DNA of 64,000 nt from Alphaproteobacteria bacterium (GCA_022763065.1 JALEGH010000038.1:5476-69475); one strand, 5' to 3'. Counted from the stretch's first letter, positions 53,951-64,000 are shown. Notes: a model not told the origin generated them from the sequence alone. Numbers and translations: made by a program.

Positions 53951-54561
53951 ATGGACCAATATTTATTCTTTGCCGTTGCGGCGGTGTTGCTGGCGACTTT
54001 TCGTTACGGCACTTACTTCTATACGATCTATCTGGGGGAGACCAAACCTCACGCCTTTAGCTGGCTGTTATGGGGAGTTGTTACAGGCGTTGGTGCGCTG
54101 GCACAATTTGATCTGGAATCGGGCCCTTCCGCCTGGGCGTTGGCGTTTGTTTCGGTAAGCTGTTTGCTCATCGCTTTTTTAGCCTTTTTTATCGGAGAAA
54201 GGGAGACTATACCAAAAGTGACTGGGCTGCGCTCCTTATTGCTATTGCCGCGATTCCGGTCTGGAAAGCGACACAGAACCCCTTGGCGGCTGTGTTGATT
54301 GTCATGGTCATTGACGCGTTGACCTATTATCCGACGATTCGCAAATCTTTTCACAAACCGGAAACGGAGCCGCCCGTTTCTTATGGTTTTGCAGGCTTGC
54401 GCTACTTTTTGATGCTATTCGCCGTGCCGGACCCGACATGGGAAAATTTGCTCTATCCTTTTTTCCTGATGATCACAGATTGGGGATTTGCAGTTTTCAT
54501 CATAGTCAGGCGGGCGCAACTCGGCTTGTCTTTGACAGAGTATTCGAAAAAATCTGTATAA
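53951..54561 (+). pseudogene. frameshifted small polytopic membrane protein
   Basis: The two ORFs 53951..54298 and 54283..54561 are joined by a +1/-1 shift near 54195-54205. The shifted frame reads ...GDYTKSDWAALLIAIAAIPVWKATQNPLAAVLIVMVIDALTYYP, continuous with ORF 2, whereas the frame-1 tail is Arg-rich nonsense. Confidence 0.55.
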
Positions 54562-54707
54562 AAATGTTCTTTTTTTGTTCTTTTTGCTTTACAAGAAGAA
54601 CAAAGCATGTACATATTGGTGTCATCATTAGCTGTGCGAAAATTGCACTAAGCCCATGAGTGAGTATTGAAGCATTATTGAACCTATGTCAGAAAGGAAG
54701 AAAGCAT

Positions 54708-55832
54708 ATGTCTGTAACCTCAATGAAAAAAGATGAAAAAATGACCAAAAGTAATGATGAAAAGGCTAAGGCGTTAGACGCGGCGCTCTCGCAGATTGAA
54801 CGGGCTTTCGGTAAAGGCTCGGTGATGAAGCTGTCGGCAGATCACAACCCGATGGAAGTGGCTTCGGTTTCGACGGGGTCTCTAGGGCTTGATATTGGTT
54901 TAGGGATTGGCGGCGTACCGCGTGGGCGGATTGTGGAAATTTATGGGCCTGAAAGTTCCGGTAAAACAACATTGGCGCTGCATATTATTGCGGAGGCACA
55001 AAAGGCCGGAGGGCAATGCGCGATTGTGGATGCGGAGCACGCGCTGGATCCATCTTATGCGCGTAAACTTGGTTGTGATGTGGATGAGCTGCTAATCTCT
55101 CAACCTGATGCAGGAGAACAAGCGCTTGAAATTACGGATACTCTGGTGCGCTCCGGTGCGCTGGATGTTGTAGTTGTTGACTCTGTTGCGGCTTTGGTGC
55201 CTCGGGCGGAGTTGGAAGGTGAGATGGGCGATACCCATGTGGGATTGCAGGCCAGATTGATGTCGCAGGCTTTGCGGAAACTGACAGGCTCCATTTCGCG
55301 CTCAAATACGGTCGTGATCTTTATTAACCAGATCAGGATGAAGATCGGGGTGATGTTCGGTTCTCCTGAAACCACAACAGGGGGGAATGCACTTAAATAC
55401 TATTCTTCTGAGCGATAGGATATCCGACGGATTGGAGCAATCAAAGACCGCGATCAGGTCGTTGGAAACCAGACACGGGTGAAGGTTGTAAAGAATAAAA
55501 TGGCGCCCCCATTCCGTCTGGTGGAATTTTATATTATGTATGGTCAGGGGATTTCAAAAACCGGTGAAATATTGGATCTTGGGGTGCAAGGCGGGTTCGT
55601 TGAAAAATCTGGCTCTTGGTTTTCCGCCGAAGGAGAGCGCATTGGTCAGGGGCGTGAAAACGCCAAGCAATATTTGCTGGATCATCCTGATATGATGCAA
55701 AAGCTTGAAAATAAAATACGGGAAAATGCAGGCCTCATGTCAGATGCCATGCTCGTTGGTCCGGAAGATGAGAGCGGACCGGATCTGGAAGTTGTAGAAG
55801 AGAAAAAACCAGCCTCAAAGAAGACGAGTTAA
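54708..55832 (+). pseudogene. recA: recA interrupted by one in-frame TAG
   Basis: GPESSGKTT Walker A and all other RecA motifs are present. A TAG at 55416-55418 replaces the conserved Leu of ...KFYASVRLDIRR (here KYYSSER*DIRRIG). The same frame continues through ...[12 protein letters not shown]... to 55832. AGGAAG lies upstream of the ATG at 54708. Confidence 0.8.
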
Positions 55833-55865
55833 GTTTTTATCAGCTTTATGCTGGTTAATTTTTCT

Positions 55866-55940
55866 AAACCACTAAGACGCCAAGGCACCAAGAGATTGAA
55901 CTTATAAAGAAAACTTGGTGTCTTCGTGCCTTGGTGGTTT
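55866..55940. repeat. long imperfect palindrome (27-nt arms) between convergent recA and smpB; terminator and/or REP-like element
   Basis: AAACCACTAAGACGCCAAGGCACCAAG, a 21-nt loop, then CTTGGTGTCTTCGTGCCTTGGTGGTTT. A partial relative (caccacgaagtgacacaaag) lies at ~19043-19062. Confidence 0.5.
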
Positions 55941-55993
55941 AAAACGAAATAGTTTAAAAATATCCGGTTTTTAATGGGAAGCACTATAGTGTT

Positions 55994-56494
55994 TTATCCT
56001 TTTTCACGTAAAATGCGTTGCTTGTCTCTATTCCAATCGCGCTTTTTTGCGGTTTCGCGTTTGTCGTGCAGTTTCTTACCTTTAGCCAAGGCAATTTCCA
56101 GTTTTGCCATGCCACGACTATCGAAATAGAGTTTTAAAGGGATAATACTAAACCCCTGACGGGTAACGGCGCCGGAAAGTTTGTCAATTTCACGTTTTTT
56201 TAATAACAGTTTGCGTGGGCGCTTTGGGTCATGTTGCAAATGGGGGCTGGCCTGTTGATATTCAGGGATGTGAGCGTTGAGAAGAAATAGTCCTTCTTCG
56301 TTATTGCGGGTGCTAATATGGGACTCGGCGATCATTGCCTGCCCGTGGCGCAAGGATTTCACTTCTGTTCCTGTGAGCACCAATCCGGCTTCAAATTTTT
56401 CATCAATCTCGTAATCAAAGCGCGCACGGCGGTTATCGGCGACCGTTTGGCTCGTCGAGATTAATCCACCTTTTTTGTTGTTTTTCTTCGCCAT
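55994..56494 (-). CDS. smpB: SsrA-binding protein SmpB
   Basis: ...[29 protein letters not shown]... Confidence 0.95.
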   Translation of the reverse strand: MAKKNNKKGGLISTSQTVADNRRARFDYEIDEKFEAGLVLTGTEVKSLRHGQAMIAESHISTRNNEEGLFLLNAHIPEYQQASPHLQHDPKRPRKLLLKKREIDKLSGAVTRQGFSIIPLKLYFDSRGMAKLEIALAKGKKLHDKRETAKKRDWNRDKQRILREKG

Positions 56495-56514
56495 AGTTTT
56501 GGTGCGCCTTGAAA

Positions 56515-57423
56515 TTATCCATGTGCGGATAAGGGGGTAGAGGTGTTTTCTAAAATACCAGCTTGAAGGAGCGCGTCATCAACGGTTTTTTGACAAGATG
56601 TTGAAGCGCTCACAAGAGGAAGCCGTACATATGGTTCACATAGTCCCATTTTATGAAGGGCGTATTTTACAGGCACGGGCGAAGATTCGCAGAATAGGGC
56701 AGAGTGCACAGGCGCCAATTGATCACGTAATTTTGCCATTGTGGGTATATCTTGATTCCGCCATGCTTCATGCATTTTTGCGCAAAGACTAGGTGCGATA
56801 TTAGATGTCACAGAAATACAGCCATGTCCGCCTTGTGCCAAAAATCCTGTCACGGTGGCATCTTCGCCAGAGAGTTGACAGAAATCATCTCCCAAACGAT
56901 TGCGCAATTCAAGCGGCCGTGCGAGATCGGCTGTTGCGTCTTTCACACCGGTAATGCGCGGTAATTCGGCCAAGCGGCACATCGTATCGATACTCATATC
57001 AATAACGCACCGTCCCGGAATGTTATATATGATGATGGGAAGCGCTGTTTCGTCATGGAGTTTTTTGAAGTGCTGGAACAGCCCCTCTTGCGTCGGTTTG
57101 TTGTAATATGGCGTAACGATAAGCAGAGCGTCCGCGCCGTCTCTTTGTGCACGCAAAGAAAGCTCTAGCGCTTCGTCTGTGCTATTCGACCCACTACCGG
57201 CAATCACGGGGATACGCTTATCCACAATCTCAACGCAGCGTTTCACGATCGCATGGTGTTCCTCATGTGTGAGAGTGGGAGACTCTCCTGTTGTACCGCA
57301 AGGGACAAGACCGTGCGTGCCTTGATCTATTTGCCATTCCACTAGCTTATCAAAGGCAGGCCAGTCAACTTCACCATTTTGGGTAAAGGGGGTGACAAGG
57401 GCAGTGATAGAGCCGTAAAACAT
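56515..57423 (-). CDS. dapA: 4-hydroxy-tetrahydrodipicolinate synthase
   Basis: ...[10 protein letters not shown]...[14 protein letters not shown]...YNKPTQEGL... Confidence 0.95.
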   Translation of the reverse strand: MFYGSITALVTPFTQNGEVDWPAFDKLVEWQIDQGTHGLVPCGTTGESPTLTHEEHHAIVKRCVEIVDKRIPVIAGSGSNSTDEALELSLRAQRDGADALLIVTPYYNKPTQEGLFQHFKKLHDETALPIIIYNIPGRCVIDMSIDTMCRLAELPRITGVKDATADLARPLELRNRLGDDFCQLSGEDATVTGFLAQGGHGCISVTSNIAPSLCAKMHEAWRNQDIPTMAKLRDQLAPVHSALFCESSPVPVKYALHKMGLCEPYVRLPLVSASTSCQKTVDDALLQAGILENTSTPLSAHG

Positions 57424-57503
57424 GATGATTATCTTCCGAAATTTCTTGAAAATATGCCCCCACCCTATAGATTTGAGCTATTCCTTGCAAGAGAAACAGG
57501 TGC

Positions 57504-59531
57504 ATGAATATAAATCGTCTTATCATTGTGGTTGGCTTAATTTGGGTGGTTTTGGGAACAGCTTTTCCAACACAGACCCACGCGAGTTCTCCTTTACAGG
57601 TCATAAAGCAAACAGAAAATAAATCCGAAACCGCCCGGATTGTTGAGGCGCTTAGACTGGCGGACCGTGGCAACTGGCAGGCGGCACATGCCAAGGCACG
57701 GGGGCTTGCTTCTAGCCACGCAAAATCACTGATTCAATGGCTGGCGATTAGTGGTGGAGAGGGAGGTTCAAGCTTCTCTCAAGTAACAGCCTTTATAAAA
57801 GCCCATTCCGATTGGCCTTTTCAAGGGAAGCTCAAGCTTCAGGCTGAAAAAGTTTTGACGGATAACGAGCCTGATCTTCAGGTGATTGAATGGTTTCGCA
57901 GATTCCCTCCATTAACAGGAGCGGGGATGACACGCTATGCCAAGGCCTTGAAGGGGCGCGGACAGGATAAGGAGTTGCGCCGTGTTTTGAATGAGTGGTG
58001 GCAGAACTCTGATTTAACGCGGGAACAGCAAAAAGCTTTTTTCGCGGAATATGGCACTTTACTTAACCGCTCCAGCCATTTGAAACGCCTAGAGCATCTT
58101 TTAGAGCGTAAAAGCTATGCGAATGCGTTAGCGATTGCGCGCTTGCTGGAACAAGGCGGACGGCAAGGAGCGGGTTACGTCGTACTGGTTCAGGCGCATC
58201 AAGCGCTGACTCAGGATTTGGGGAATGTAGATGCAAAAGTAGAGGCGGTGCCAGTTTCTTTGAAAAACCATGCCTCTTTGTTATTAGCGCGTATCCAATG
58301 GCGGCGGAAGAAAGATTTGAATGCAGGTGCGATAGCGTTATTGCGTAAGGCGCCGCAGGTACGTGATATGAAATCTCCTAAAGCGTGGTGGACGGAGCGT
58401 CATATTCTGGCGCGGCGTTTGATGGAGGAGAAAAAATATGAACAGGCTTATAAGCTGGTGGCAGCGCACCGGCAAAAAGAAGGCTTTCCGATGGCGCAGG
58501 CCCAGTGGATGTCGGGGTGGCTTGCGCTTCGCTTTGTTAATAAGCCTTGGCGGGCCTTCGAGCATTTTGAAAAGCTTTACAAGAATGTGAAAAGCCCGAT
58601 TAGCCGCTCTAGAGGTGCCTATTGGTCGGGGCGGGCGAGTGAAGCATTAGGGCATTCCGATGTGGCACGTCAATGGTATAGCGTTGCGGCGCAATATAAC
58701 CAGACTTATTACGGGCAGTTGGCGGTGGAGAAGTTAGGGCGTCCTCATCAGATTTATCCAAGCACAACTTATCCGGTTTCAATGAACGCGCAGCAGGGTT
58801 TTGCAAATAGCGGTTTGGTCAAGGCCGCTTACTGGCTTCATAAGGCTGGCATGGATAAAGAGGCTGATATTTTTCTGCTGCGTCTTTTATCCGCGAGCGA
58901 AACGGTGGAAGAGGTTAAGCTTTTGGCTGATTTATCGAACGCTTTAAAACGTCGGGCAGTCACGATCAAGGCTGCCAATAAGGCGATGAATGATTTTGGA
59001 TTAAATCTCGTGTCGTATCTTTATCCGACTATTCCTTCTTCTTATGGGGGGAGTCAGTATGTGGAACGTTCCCTTGTGCATGGTGTCATCCGACAGGAAA
59101 GCCGTTTTGATGAAAATGTTGTGAGTCCGGCAGGAGCCAGAGGGTTGATGCAGCTCATGCCCGCAACGGCGAAGGAAGTAGCGCGTAAAAAAGGGTTGTC
59201 TCATCAAACTTCATGGCTCACGAGCCGGCCCAGCCACAATATTCGTTTGGGATCTTCTTACATGAAGAAATTATTGGACCGCTTTGATGGCCACTATGCT
59301 TTGGCCGTGGCGGCTTATAATGCAGGTCCTAATAGGGTGGCCAGATGGTTGGGAGAGTTTGGTGATCCGCGCTCAAACGAGGTTGATCTTATTGACTGGG
59401 TAGAAAGCTTGCCGATCTATGAAACCCGCAACTATGTACAACGCGTGTTGGAGGCCACATATGTGTATCGTCATGTGCTCAAGGAACCTTATAGGGGTGG
59501 CCAAAGCCAACTTCATTTAGCTGCAAAATGA
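57504..59531 (+). CDS. slt: soluble lytic murein transglycosylase (Slt70 family)
   Basis: Signal peptide, a superhelical N-region and the SLT catalytic motif (IRQESRFDENVVSPAGARGLMQLMPATA...AYNAGP). Confidence 0.9.
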   Translation: MNINRLIIVVGLIWVVLGTAFPTQTHASSPLQVIKQTENKSETARIVEALRLADRGNWQAAHAKARGLASSHAKSLIQWLAISGGEGGSSFSQVTAFIKAHSDWPFQGKLKLQAEKVLTDNEPDLQVIEWFRRFPPLTGAGMTRYAKALKGRGQDKELRRVLNEWWQNSDLTREQQKAFFAEYGTLLNRSSHLKRLEHLLERKSYANALAIARLLEQGGRQGAGYVVLVQAHQALTQDLGNVDAKVEAVPVSLKNHASLLLARIQWRRKKDLNAGAIALLRKAPQVRDMKSPKAWWTERHILARRLMEEKKYEQAYKLVAAHRQKEGFPMAQAQWMSGWLALRFVNKPWRAFEHFEKLYKNVKSPISRSRGAYWSGRASEALGHSDVARQWYSVAAQYNQTYYGQLAVEKLGRPHQIYPSTTYPVSMNAQQGFANSGLVKAAYWLHKAGMDKEADIFLLRLLSASETVEEVKLLADLSNALKRRAVTIKAANKAMNDFGLNLVSYLYPTIPSSYGGSQYVERSLVHGVIRQESRFDENVVSPAGARGLMQLMPATAKEVARKKGLSHQTSWLTSRPSHNIRLGSSYMKKLLDRFDGHYALAVAAYNAGPNRVARWLGEFGDPRSNEVDLIDWVESLPIYETRNYVQRVLEATYVYRHVLKEPYRGGQSQLHLAAK

Positions 59532-59623
59532 AAATTTTTTGCTTTTCTCTCTCTTATCCTATTGTTTTTGTTGACCTTTTATTTGGCATCCATATTGCTC
59601 CATCATGTTGAGGAGAGGACAAT

Positions 59624-60151
59624 GTGGTGCGGATATTATTCTTAAACTCAAATCCGGTGATGCGGGAGGTTATAACGCGATTTTTTCGGTATCAGCCGGA
59701 GATTGAATGCCACGTTTCTGACCGGCTTGAGGATATCACGGAAAATCATGACGTGGTTGTTATAGATGAGGGGTTGATACGAAATTGGCGATCTTTCAAG
59801 CGGCGGTATAATCCTAAAACGCCCGTATTTTTGTGGGGGAGTAACGGAAAATCTGGTTATGCCGGGTTTAGTGGCTTTTTTTCAAAAAATATGCCGTTGA
59901 ATGATATGGTTGGTATGGTTTTGCTGATGAAGGGAATGCATGTTTCCAAAAAAACGCTGGCAACGCGCAAGAGAAGTTTGATCGAAAGTCAAATACTACG
60001 TGCCCTTTTGCAAGGGGCGAGCAACAAGGAAATTGCCCATCAACTTCATAAATCTATTTATTGCATTAAATATCATGCGGCGAAACTTTATCAGGAATTT
60101 GACGTCGGAGGACGTAAGGAGCTTATAAGAAAAGTAAATATTCCATTGTGA
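59624..60151 (+). CDS. LuxR-family HTH regulator with a degenerate receiver-like N-domain
   Basis: C-terminal LuxR-type HTH (ESQILRALLQGASNKEIAHQLHKSIYCIKYHAAKLY). GTG start. Confidence 0.65.
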   Translation: MVRILFLNSNPVMREVITRFFRYQPEIECHVSDRLEDITENHDVVVIDEGLIRNWRSFKRRYNPKTPVFLWGSNGKSGYAGFSGFFSKNMPLNDMVGMVLLMKGMHVSKKTLATRKRSLIESQILRALLQGASNKEIAHQLHKSIYCIKYHAAKLYQEFDVGGRKELIRKVNIPL

Positions 60152-60186
60152 ATAATGGCTTGCTCCCCGTATAATTCGAAGTTGAG

Positions 60187-61371
60187 ATGACATCTGTTTT
60201 AAAATCAGCCCTAAAAATTGATCCGCCGGAATGGATGAGAGACCTGAGCGTTCTGCGGGTCATGGATTTGTTGAACGGCAAAGAAGAAACACAAGCCTTG
60301 TTTGTGGGCGGATGTGTGCGCAATACACTCATGAGAAGAGATGTAGAGGATATTGATATCGCCACGAAGTTAACGCCGGATCAGGTCATAGAGATTTGTA
60401 ATCAGGCGCAGGTTAAAGTTGTTCCCACCGGCATTAAGCACGGTACAGTGACGATTGTAATAGAAGGGAGACCGTTTGAGGTGACGACGCTGCGCCATGA
60501 TGTGAATACCGATGGACGGCATGCGGAAGTTACTTTTACAAATAGTTGGCACGAAGACATTAAACGCCGCGATTTCACGATGAATAGCTTGCTCGCCGAT
60601 TTATCAGGAAACATCTATGATTTGACGGGGCGCGGCATTGAGGATTTGCAGGCTGGAAAAGTCATATTTGTCGGTGATCCAACCAAGCGCATCGCAGAAG
60701 ATTATTTGCGTATTCTGCGCTTTTTCCGTTTTCATGCACATTATGGGCAAGGGGAGCCGGATAAAGAAGCGTTGGAGGCTTGTTTTGTGGCGGCAGATAA
60801 AATGCAGAGCCTGTCGAAGGAACGCATTACACAGGAATTTTTAAAAATACTGAGCAGTGCGCAAGTGCCTAAGATATTGGAAACGATGTTTGAGGGTGGT
60901 GTTTTGTTTTCTTTAGCGGGGGCGGAATATTCTTTTTCGTTTGCGCAAAAATTTTGTGCATTGCAGGAGAAATATAATGCGCCTGATGTGATGGCGCGGC
61001 TTTTTATTGTTGCGGGGTGTAAGGCGCGCTTGTTTGAAAATTCTTTGAGACTTTCTCATGCACAGAAAAATTTTTTGATAAAGCTGGATATGGTAGCAGG
61101 AAGTGTTTTTCATCAAGATCAAGATGAAAAGGCCGTTAAAAAAGCAATTTTTTATCATGGGAACGAGATGATTTTGCAAGGCTATCTTGTGATGGTGGCA
61201 AAGGGAGCACTGAAAGAGGATGAAAACATCATAGATATTCTCAAAAAATGGCAAGCACCAACTTGTCCGATTACAGGACAGGACTTAATCGCCGAAGGCT
61301 ACGAAACAGGACCTGAGTTAGGGCAGGAATTAGCGCGTCGTCAGGAAGAATGGTTAGAGAATAACCTGTAA
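60187..61371 (+). CDS. cca: CCA-adding tRNA nucleotidyltransferase / poly(A) polymerase family protein
   Basis: FVGGCVRNTLM...DIDIAT and RRDFTMNSL motifs. Confidence 0.85.
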   Translation: MTSVLKSALKIDPPEWMRDLSVLRVMDLLNGKEETQALFVGGCVRNTLMRRDVEDIDIATKLTPDQVIEICNQAQVKVVPTGIKHGTVTIVIEGRPFEVTTLRHDVNTDGRHAEVTFTNSWHEDIKRRDFTMNSLLADLSGNIYDLTGRGIEDLQAGKVIFVGDPTKRIAEDYLRILRFFRFHAHYGQGEPDKEALEACFVAADKMQSLSKERITQEFLKILSSAQVPKILETMFEGGVLFSLAGAEYSFSFAQKFCALQEKYNAPDVMARLFIVAGCKARLFENSLRLSHAQKNFLIKLDMVAGSVFHQDQDEKAVKKAIFYHGNEMILQGYLVMVAKGALKEDENIIDILKKWQAPTCPITGQDLIAEGYETGPELGQELARRQEEWLENNL

Positions 61372-61457
61372 TTCCTGTGTTTGAGTAAAGCTAACCCAAA
61401 AAGCAGTCATTCTTATCATGCTTATATTTCATGATGTCGGTCATGGTGCGGCGCATC

Positions 61458-61616
61458 CTAGCTTTTCCGAAAGGGCAGTTCACAAAATCTATCGGCGAGC
61501 TCTTCGGGAGTGTCTCGTCCCAGAAGATTTCCGGCCTCTGCCATCCTTGTGTAGTACGCCGCTATCTGTCGACGGTCTTCTTCCAGTAACTCTGCCAAGG
61601 GCCTTTTGTCTGCCAT
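61458..61616 (-). CDS. small hypothetical protein (52 aa, below the ORF-track cutoff)
   Basis: Hand translation gives MADKRPLAELLEEDRRQIAAYYTRMAEAGNLLGRDTPEELADRFCELPFRKS. The listed + ORF 61418..61618 looks like its antisense shadow. Support is weak. Confidence 0.3.
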   Translation of the reverse strand: MADKRPLAELLEEDRRQIAAYYTRMAEAGNLLGRDTPEELADRFCELPFRKS

Positions 61617-61702
61617 AATAAAACCTCATCTATGATGCTTGAATAGATGGTATTTTCTACATATCAAATCGTCTTGCGTCAATATGTAATACAAAAGGTT
61701 TC

Positions 61703-62653
61703 TTAAGGCCATTTTACTTCCGGTGGCATGGACATCAATATGGCCTCGGTATTGCCGCCGGTTTTCAGGCCAAATTGCGTGCCACGATCATAAAGGAGAT
61801 TATATTCTACATAGCGTCCGCGTTTGATGAGTTGTGCTTCGCGTTGCTCCGCCGTCCAATCCTCATTCATGTGACGCCGGACAATTTCCGGATAAATATC
61901 GGCGAATGTCTTACCGACATCTTGTGTAAAGGCGAAATCATCTGACCAGTCTTTGGTTGAATCCGCATTATCGCAGGAGTTCAGGTAGTCATAGAAAATG
62001 CCGCCAATGCCGCGTGGTTCATTACGGTGCGGTAAAAAGAAGTAGAGATCACACCACTCTTTAAATTCCGGATAATAATCCGGATCGTGAGTGTCACAAC
62101 ATCCTTTAAAGGCGGCGTGGAAATCTTTAGTGTCCTTATCATCCGGAAATATAGGGGTGAGGTCCGCTCCGCCGCCAAACCATCCGCGAGAAGTCACAAT
62201 CATCCGTGTATTCATATGGACTGCTGGGACAAGCGGTGATTGCATATGGGCGACGAGGGATACACCACTTGCCCAGAATTCACCATCGCTTTCCTGTGCG
62301 CCGGGGATTTTGGCGCGGAACTCTTCACTAAATGTGCCGTGAACGGTTGAAATATTGACACCGACTTTTTCAAATACACGCCCGCGCATGATGGAAATTT
62401 CGCCGCCGCCATTCAGGACGGAGCCGCTCTCATTCGGATTTTTACTAGGCTCGCGCTCCCACGCTTTGCGTTCAAAACGACCCGGCTCCATATTTGTTTT
62501 GGGGCCTGCGCTTAACTCATCTTCCAAAGCTTCAAAGCGGGTGCAAATATCATCACGCAAAGTTTGAAACCAGCCGGAAGCTTTTTCTTTGCGTTCACTC
62601 CAATCAATATTGTCCATTTTGCTTAAATCCTGAATATGTATTGCATGTCCCAT
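61703..62653 (-). CDS. hemF: oxygen-dependent coproporphyrinogen III oxidase
   Basis: ...[11 protein letters not shown]...GIGGIFYD...[20 protein letters not shown]... Confidence 0.95.
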   Translation of the reverse strand: MGHAIHIQDLSKMDNIDWSERKEKASGWFQTLRDDICTRFEALEDELSAGPKTNMEPGRFERKAWEREPSKNPNESGSVLNGGGEISIMRGRVFEKVGVNISTVHGTFSEEFRAKIPGAQESDGEFWASGVSLVAHMQSPLVPAVHMNTRMIVTSRGWFGGGADLTPIFPDDKDTKDFHAAFKGCCDTHDPDYYPEFKEWCDLYFFLPHRNEPRGIGGIFYDYLNSCDNADSTKDWSDDFAFTQDVGKTFADIYPEIVRRHMNEDWTAEQREAQLIKRGRYVEYNLLYDRGTQFGLKTGGNTEAILMSMPPEVKWP

Positions 62654-62677
62654 TTTTATACCCTTTTTTGCTGTGAT

Positions 62678-63121
62678 TTATGGTATCTGGCGTAGAGCTT
62701 CTCCCGCAATGATCGCAGTGGCATTAATAACGTTCAAAGACCTCGCCTGAGCGCTTAAGGGTATGGTGATGTGATGGGGAATTCCTTGATGAATGTCAAG
62801 TGGAACGCCGGCGCTTTCGCGGCCCGCAACTAAGATGTCATCTGGTGAAAACTCAAACTCGGTATAGATTTGATCCGTTTTGGTGGTCATGAGGACCAGG
62901 CGCTTATGCGGGTAGGCTTTCAAAAAAGAACCCCATGAGGCATGACGGTGTAAGTTCACTAGATCAATATAATCCATAGCGGAGCGCCTGATTTTATGTT
63001 TATCCCAAGGGAAGCCACAAGGCTCTATAATATCAAGAGTTAAGCCCAGACAGGCGCATAGGCGGATAGCGGCCCCGACATTTTGCGGGATATCAGGTTG
63101 GTACAGGGCAATATGTATCAT
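62678..63121 (-). CDS. trmL: SpoU/TrmL-type tRNA 2'-O-methyltransferase
   Basis: 147 aa with ...YQPDIPQNVGAAIRLC...GRESAGV...SLNV.... Confidence 0.8.
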   Translation of the reverse strand: MIHIALYQPDIPQNVGAAIRLCACLGLTLDIIEPCGFPWDKHKIRRSAMDYIDLVNLHRHASWGSFLKAYPHKRLVLMTTKTDQIYTEFEFSPDDILVAGRESAGVPLDIHQGIPHHITIPLSAQARSLNVINATAIIAGEALRQIP

Positions 63122-63262
63122 AGTGGAACGGAAAATACGCTTTTTTTGGTGGGAAGGCTAGAATTCTTATCTTGTTTTATTTTATAATCTGGGGCAGTTT
63201 CTAAATCGGAAAAATACTTCCTTAAATTTGGATGAAGTCAATATGAAGATGGTAGTAAGTTT

Positions 63263-63820
63263 ATGAGCACAAAACCAACTCCCGCAAATGATCAAGCAGA
63301 TGAGCCAACCCGGCGCGATTTCCTTTATTTAACCGCTGCGGCCTTTGGTGTGGTGGGAGCGGGGAGCGTGGCTTGGCCCTTGATTGATCAGATGAACCCG
63401 GCGGCAGATACGCTGGCGCTTTCAACGACTGAGGTGGATTTAAGTCCGATTGAGGAAGGACAGGCCATTACGGTGATGTGGCGTGGAAAGCCGGTTTTCA
63501 TTCGCCACCGCACGGCCAAGGAAATTGAAGAGGCTAAAGCAGATGACAGCGCTGATCTGCGTGACCCGCAGACAGATGCCGAGCGTGTGAAAGAAGGACA
63601 TGAAAAGTGGCTTGTGATGGTTGGGATTTGCACGCATCTGGGCTGTGTGCCTTTGGGACAAAAAGATACAGACGTGAAGGGGGAATATGATGGCTGGTTT
63701 TGTCCTTGTCACGGGTCGCATTATGATTCTTCAGGACGTATTCGCAAAGGTCCGGCCCCTACAAATCTGGCGGTGCCGGAATACACGTTTTTGAACGAGA
63801 CAACAATCAAGATTGGCTAA
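63263..63820 (+). CDS. petA: ubiquinol-cytochrome c reductase Rieske iron-sulfur subunit
   Basis: Tat-like RRDFL N-terminus, with CTHLGC and CPCHGS Rieske boxes. Confidence 0.95.
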   Translation: MSTKPTPANDQADEPTRRDFLYLTAAAFGVVGAGSVAWPLIDQMNPAADTLALSTTEVDLSPIEEGQAITVMWRGKPVFIRHRTAKEIEEAKADDSADLRDPQTDAERVKEGHEKWLVMVGICTHLGCVPLGQKDTDVKGEYDGWFCPCHGSHYDSSGRIRKGPAPTNLAVPEYTFLNETTIKIG

Positions 63821-63838
63821 ATAATTGGGACGAAGCTT

Positions 63839-64000
63839 ATGGGTAGCGGCAATAGAGAAAAATTTGATAATCCGGTAGTGGAATGGGTGGATTCTCGCCT
63901 TCCCGTTTTCACTCTCATGCAGAAGGAATATGGTGTTTTTCCGACACCGAAAAATTTCAATTATTTCTGGAATTTCGGTGCGATTGCAATGGTGATGCTG
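63839..64000 (+). CDS. petB: cytochrome b (N-terminal fragment, continues past the window)
   Basis: From the ATG at 63839 it reads MGSGNREKFDNPVVEWVDSRLPVFTLMQKEYGVFPTPKNFNYFWNFGAIAMVML, a typical cytochrome b N-terminus. It lies downstream of petA. Confidence 0.85.
   Translation, partial: MGSGNREKFDNPVVEWVDSRLPVFTLMQKEYGVFPTPKNFNYFWNFGAIAMVML

Noticed and set aside
55416-55418. Possibility that TAG is reassigned or read as a sense codon genome-wide
   Set aside because: TAG terminates other well-delimited genes in this window (e.g. the stops at 11842-11844, 47380-47382 and 44247-44249). A global reassignment is therefore unlikely, and a point mutation or sequencing error is the simpler explanation.
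1-64000. Search by eye for rRNA, tRNA, tmRNA, CRISPR arrays, transposases and integrases
   Set aside because: No cloverleaf-like or rRNA-like stretches were seen in the intergenic regions, including next to smpB. I saw no regularly spaced direct repeats and no DDE or tyrosine-recombinase motifs in any ORF. Manual scanning is not exhaustive.

Overview
This window looks like an alphaproteobacterial chromosome segment; that taxonomic call is an inference from gene content and synteny. About 45 kb (1-50.4 kb) is a flagellar regulon. It carries flhF/flhG, flhA, fliF-G-H-N, motA, flbD, flaG, flaF/flbT, flagellin, flgE/D, fliK, flgI, flgJ (rod-binding only), fliX, flgH/A/G/F, fliL/M, a motE-like gene, motB, fliO/P, flgB/C, fliE, fliQ/R and flhB. 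The regulators are of the Caulobacter type (FlbD, FliX, FlbT, FlaF). I can read two near-consensus sigma-54 promoters (flgI, flgF) and a perfect CtrA-box consensus upstream of fliF. The right-hand 14 kb holds a CckA-like hybrid kinase and housekeeping genes (recA, smpB, dapA, slt, cca, hemF, trmL, petA, petB). The most interesting content is two A+T-rich accessory islands wedged into the flagellar cluster. Island 1 (3.65-7.1 kb, between flhF and flhA) encodes a protein with a PG-binding-like domain and a phage MuF-core motif. A repeated 'homology arm' links this protein to downstream orphan colicin-D-like toxin and ImmD-like immunity cassettes, the layout typical of a polymorphic toxin locus. 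Island 2 (45.9-48.1 kb, between fliE and fliQ) encodes a second protein with the same PG-binding-like N-domain, followed by three tandem paralogous small genes, two of them decayed. Both effector genes sit behind the same unusual 5' architecture: a consensus sigma-70 promoter with a shared AGGAWTATATTC box, immediately followed by a terminator-like hairpin with a T7 run. Several genes look inactivated: recA (in-frame TAG), a membrane protein (frameshift), an acyltransferase paralog (internal deletion) and an immunity-like paralog (nonsense). I found no rRNA, tRNA, CRISPR array, transposase or integrase. All family assignments come from motif recognition by eye, and no searches were run.
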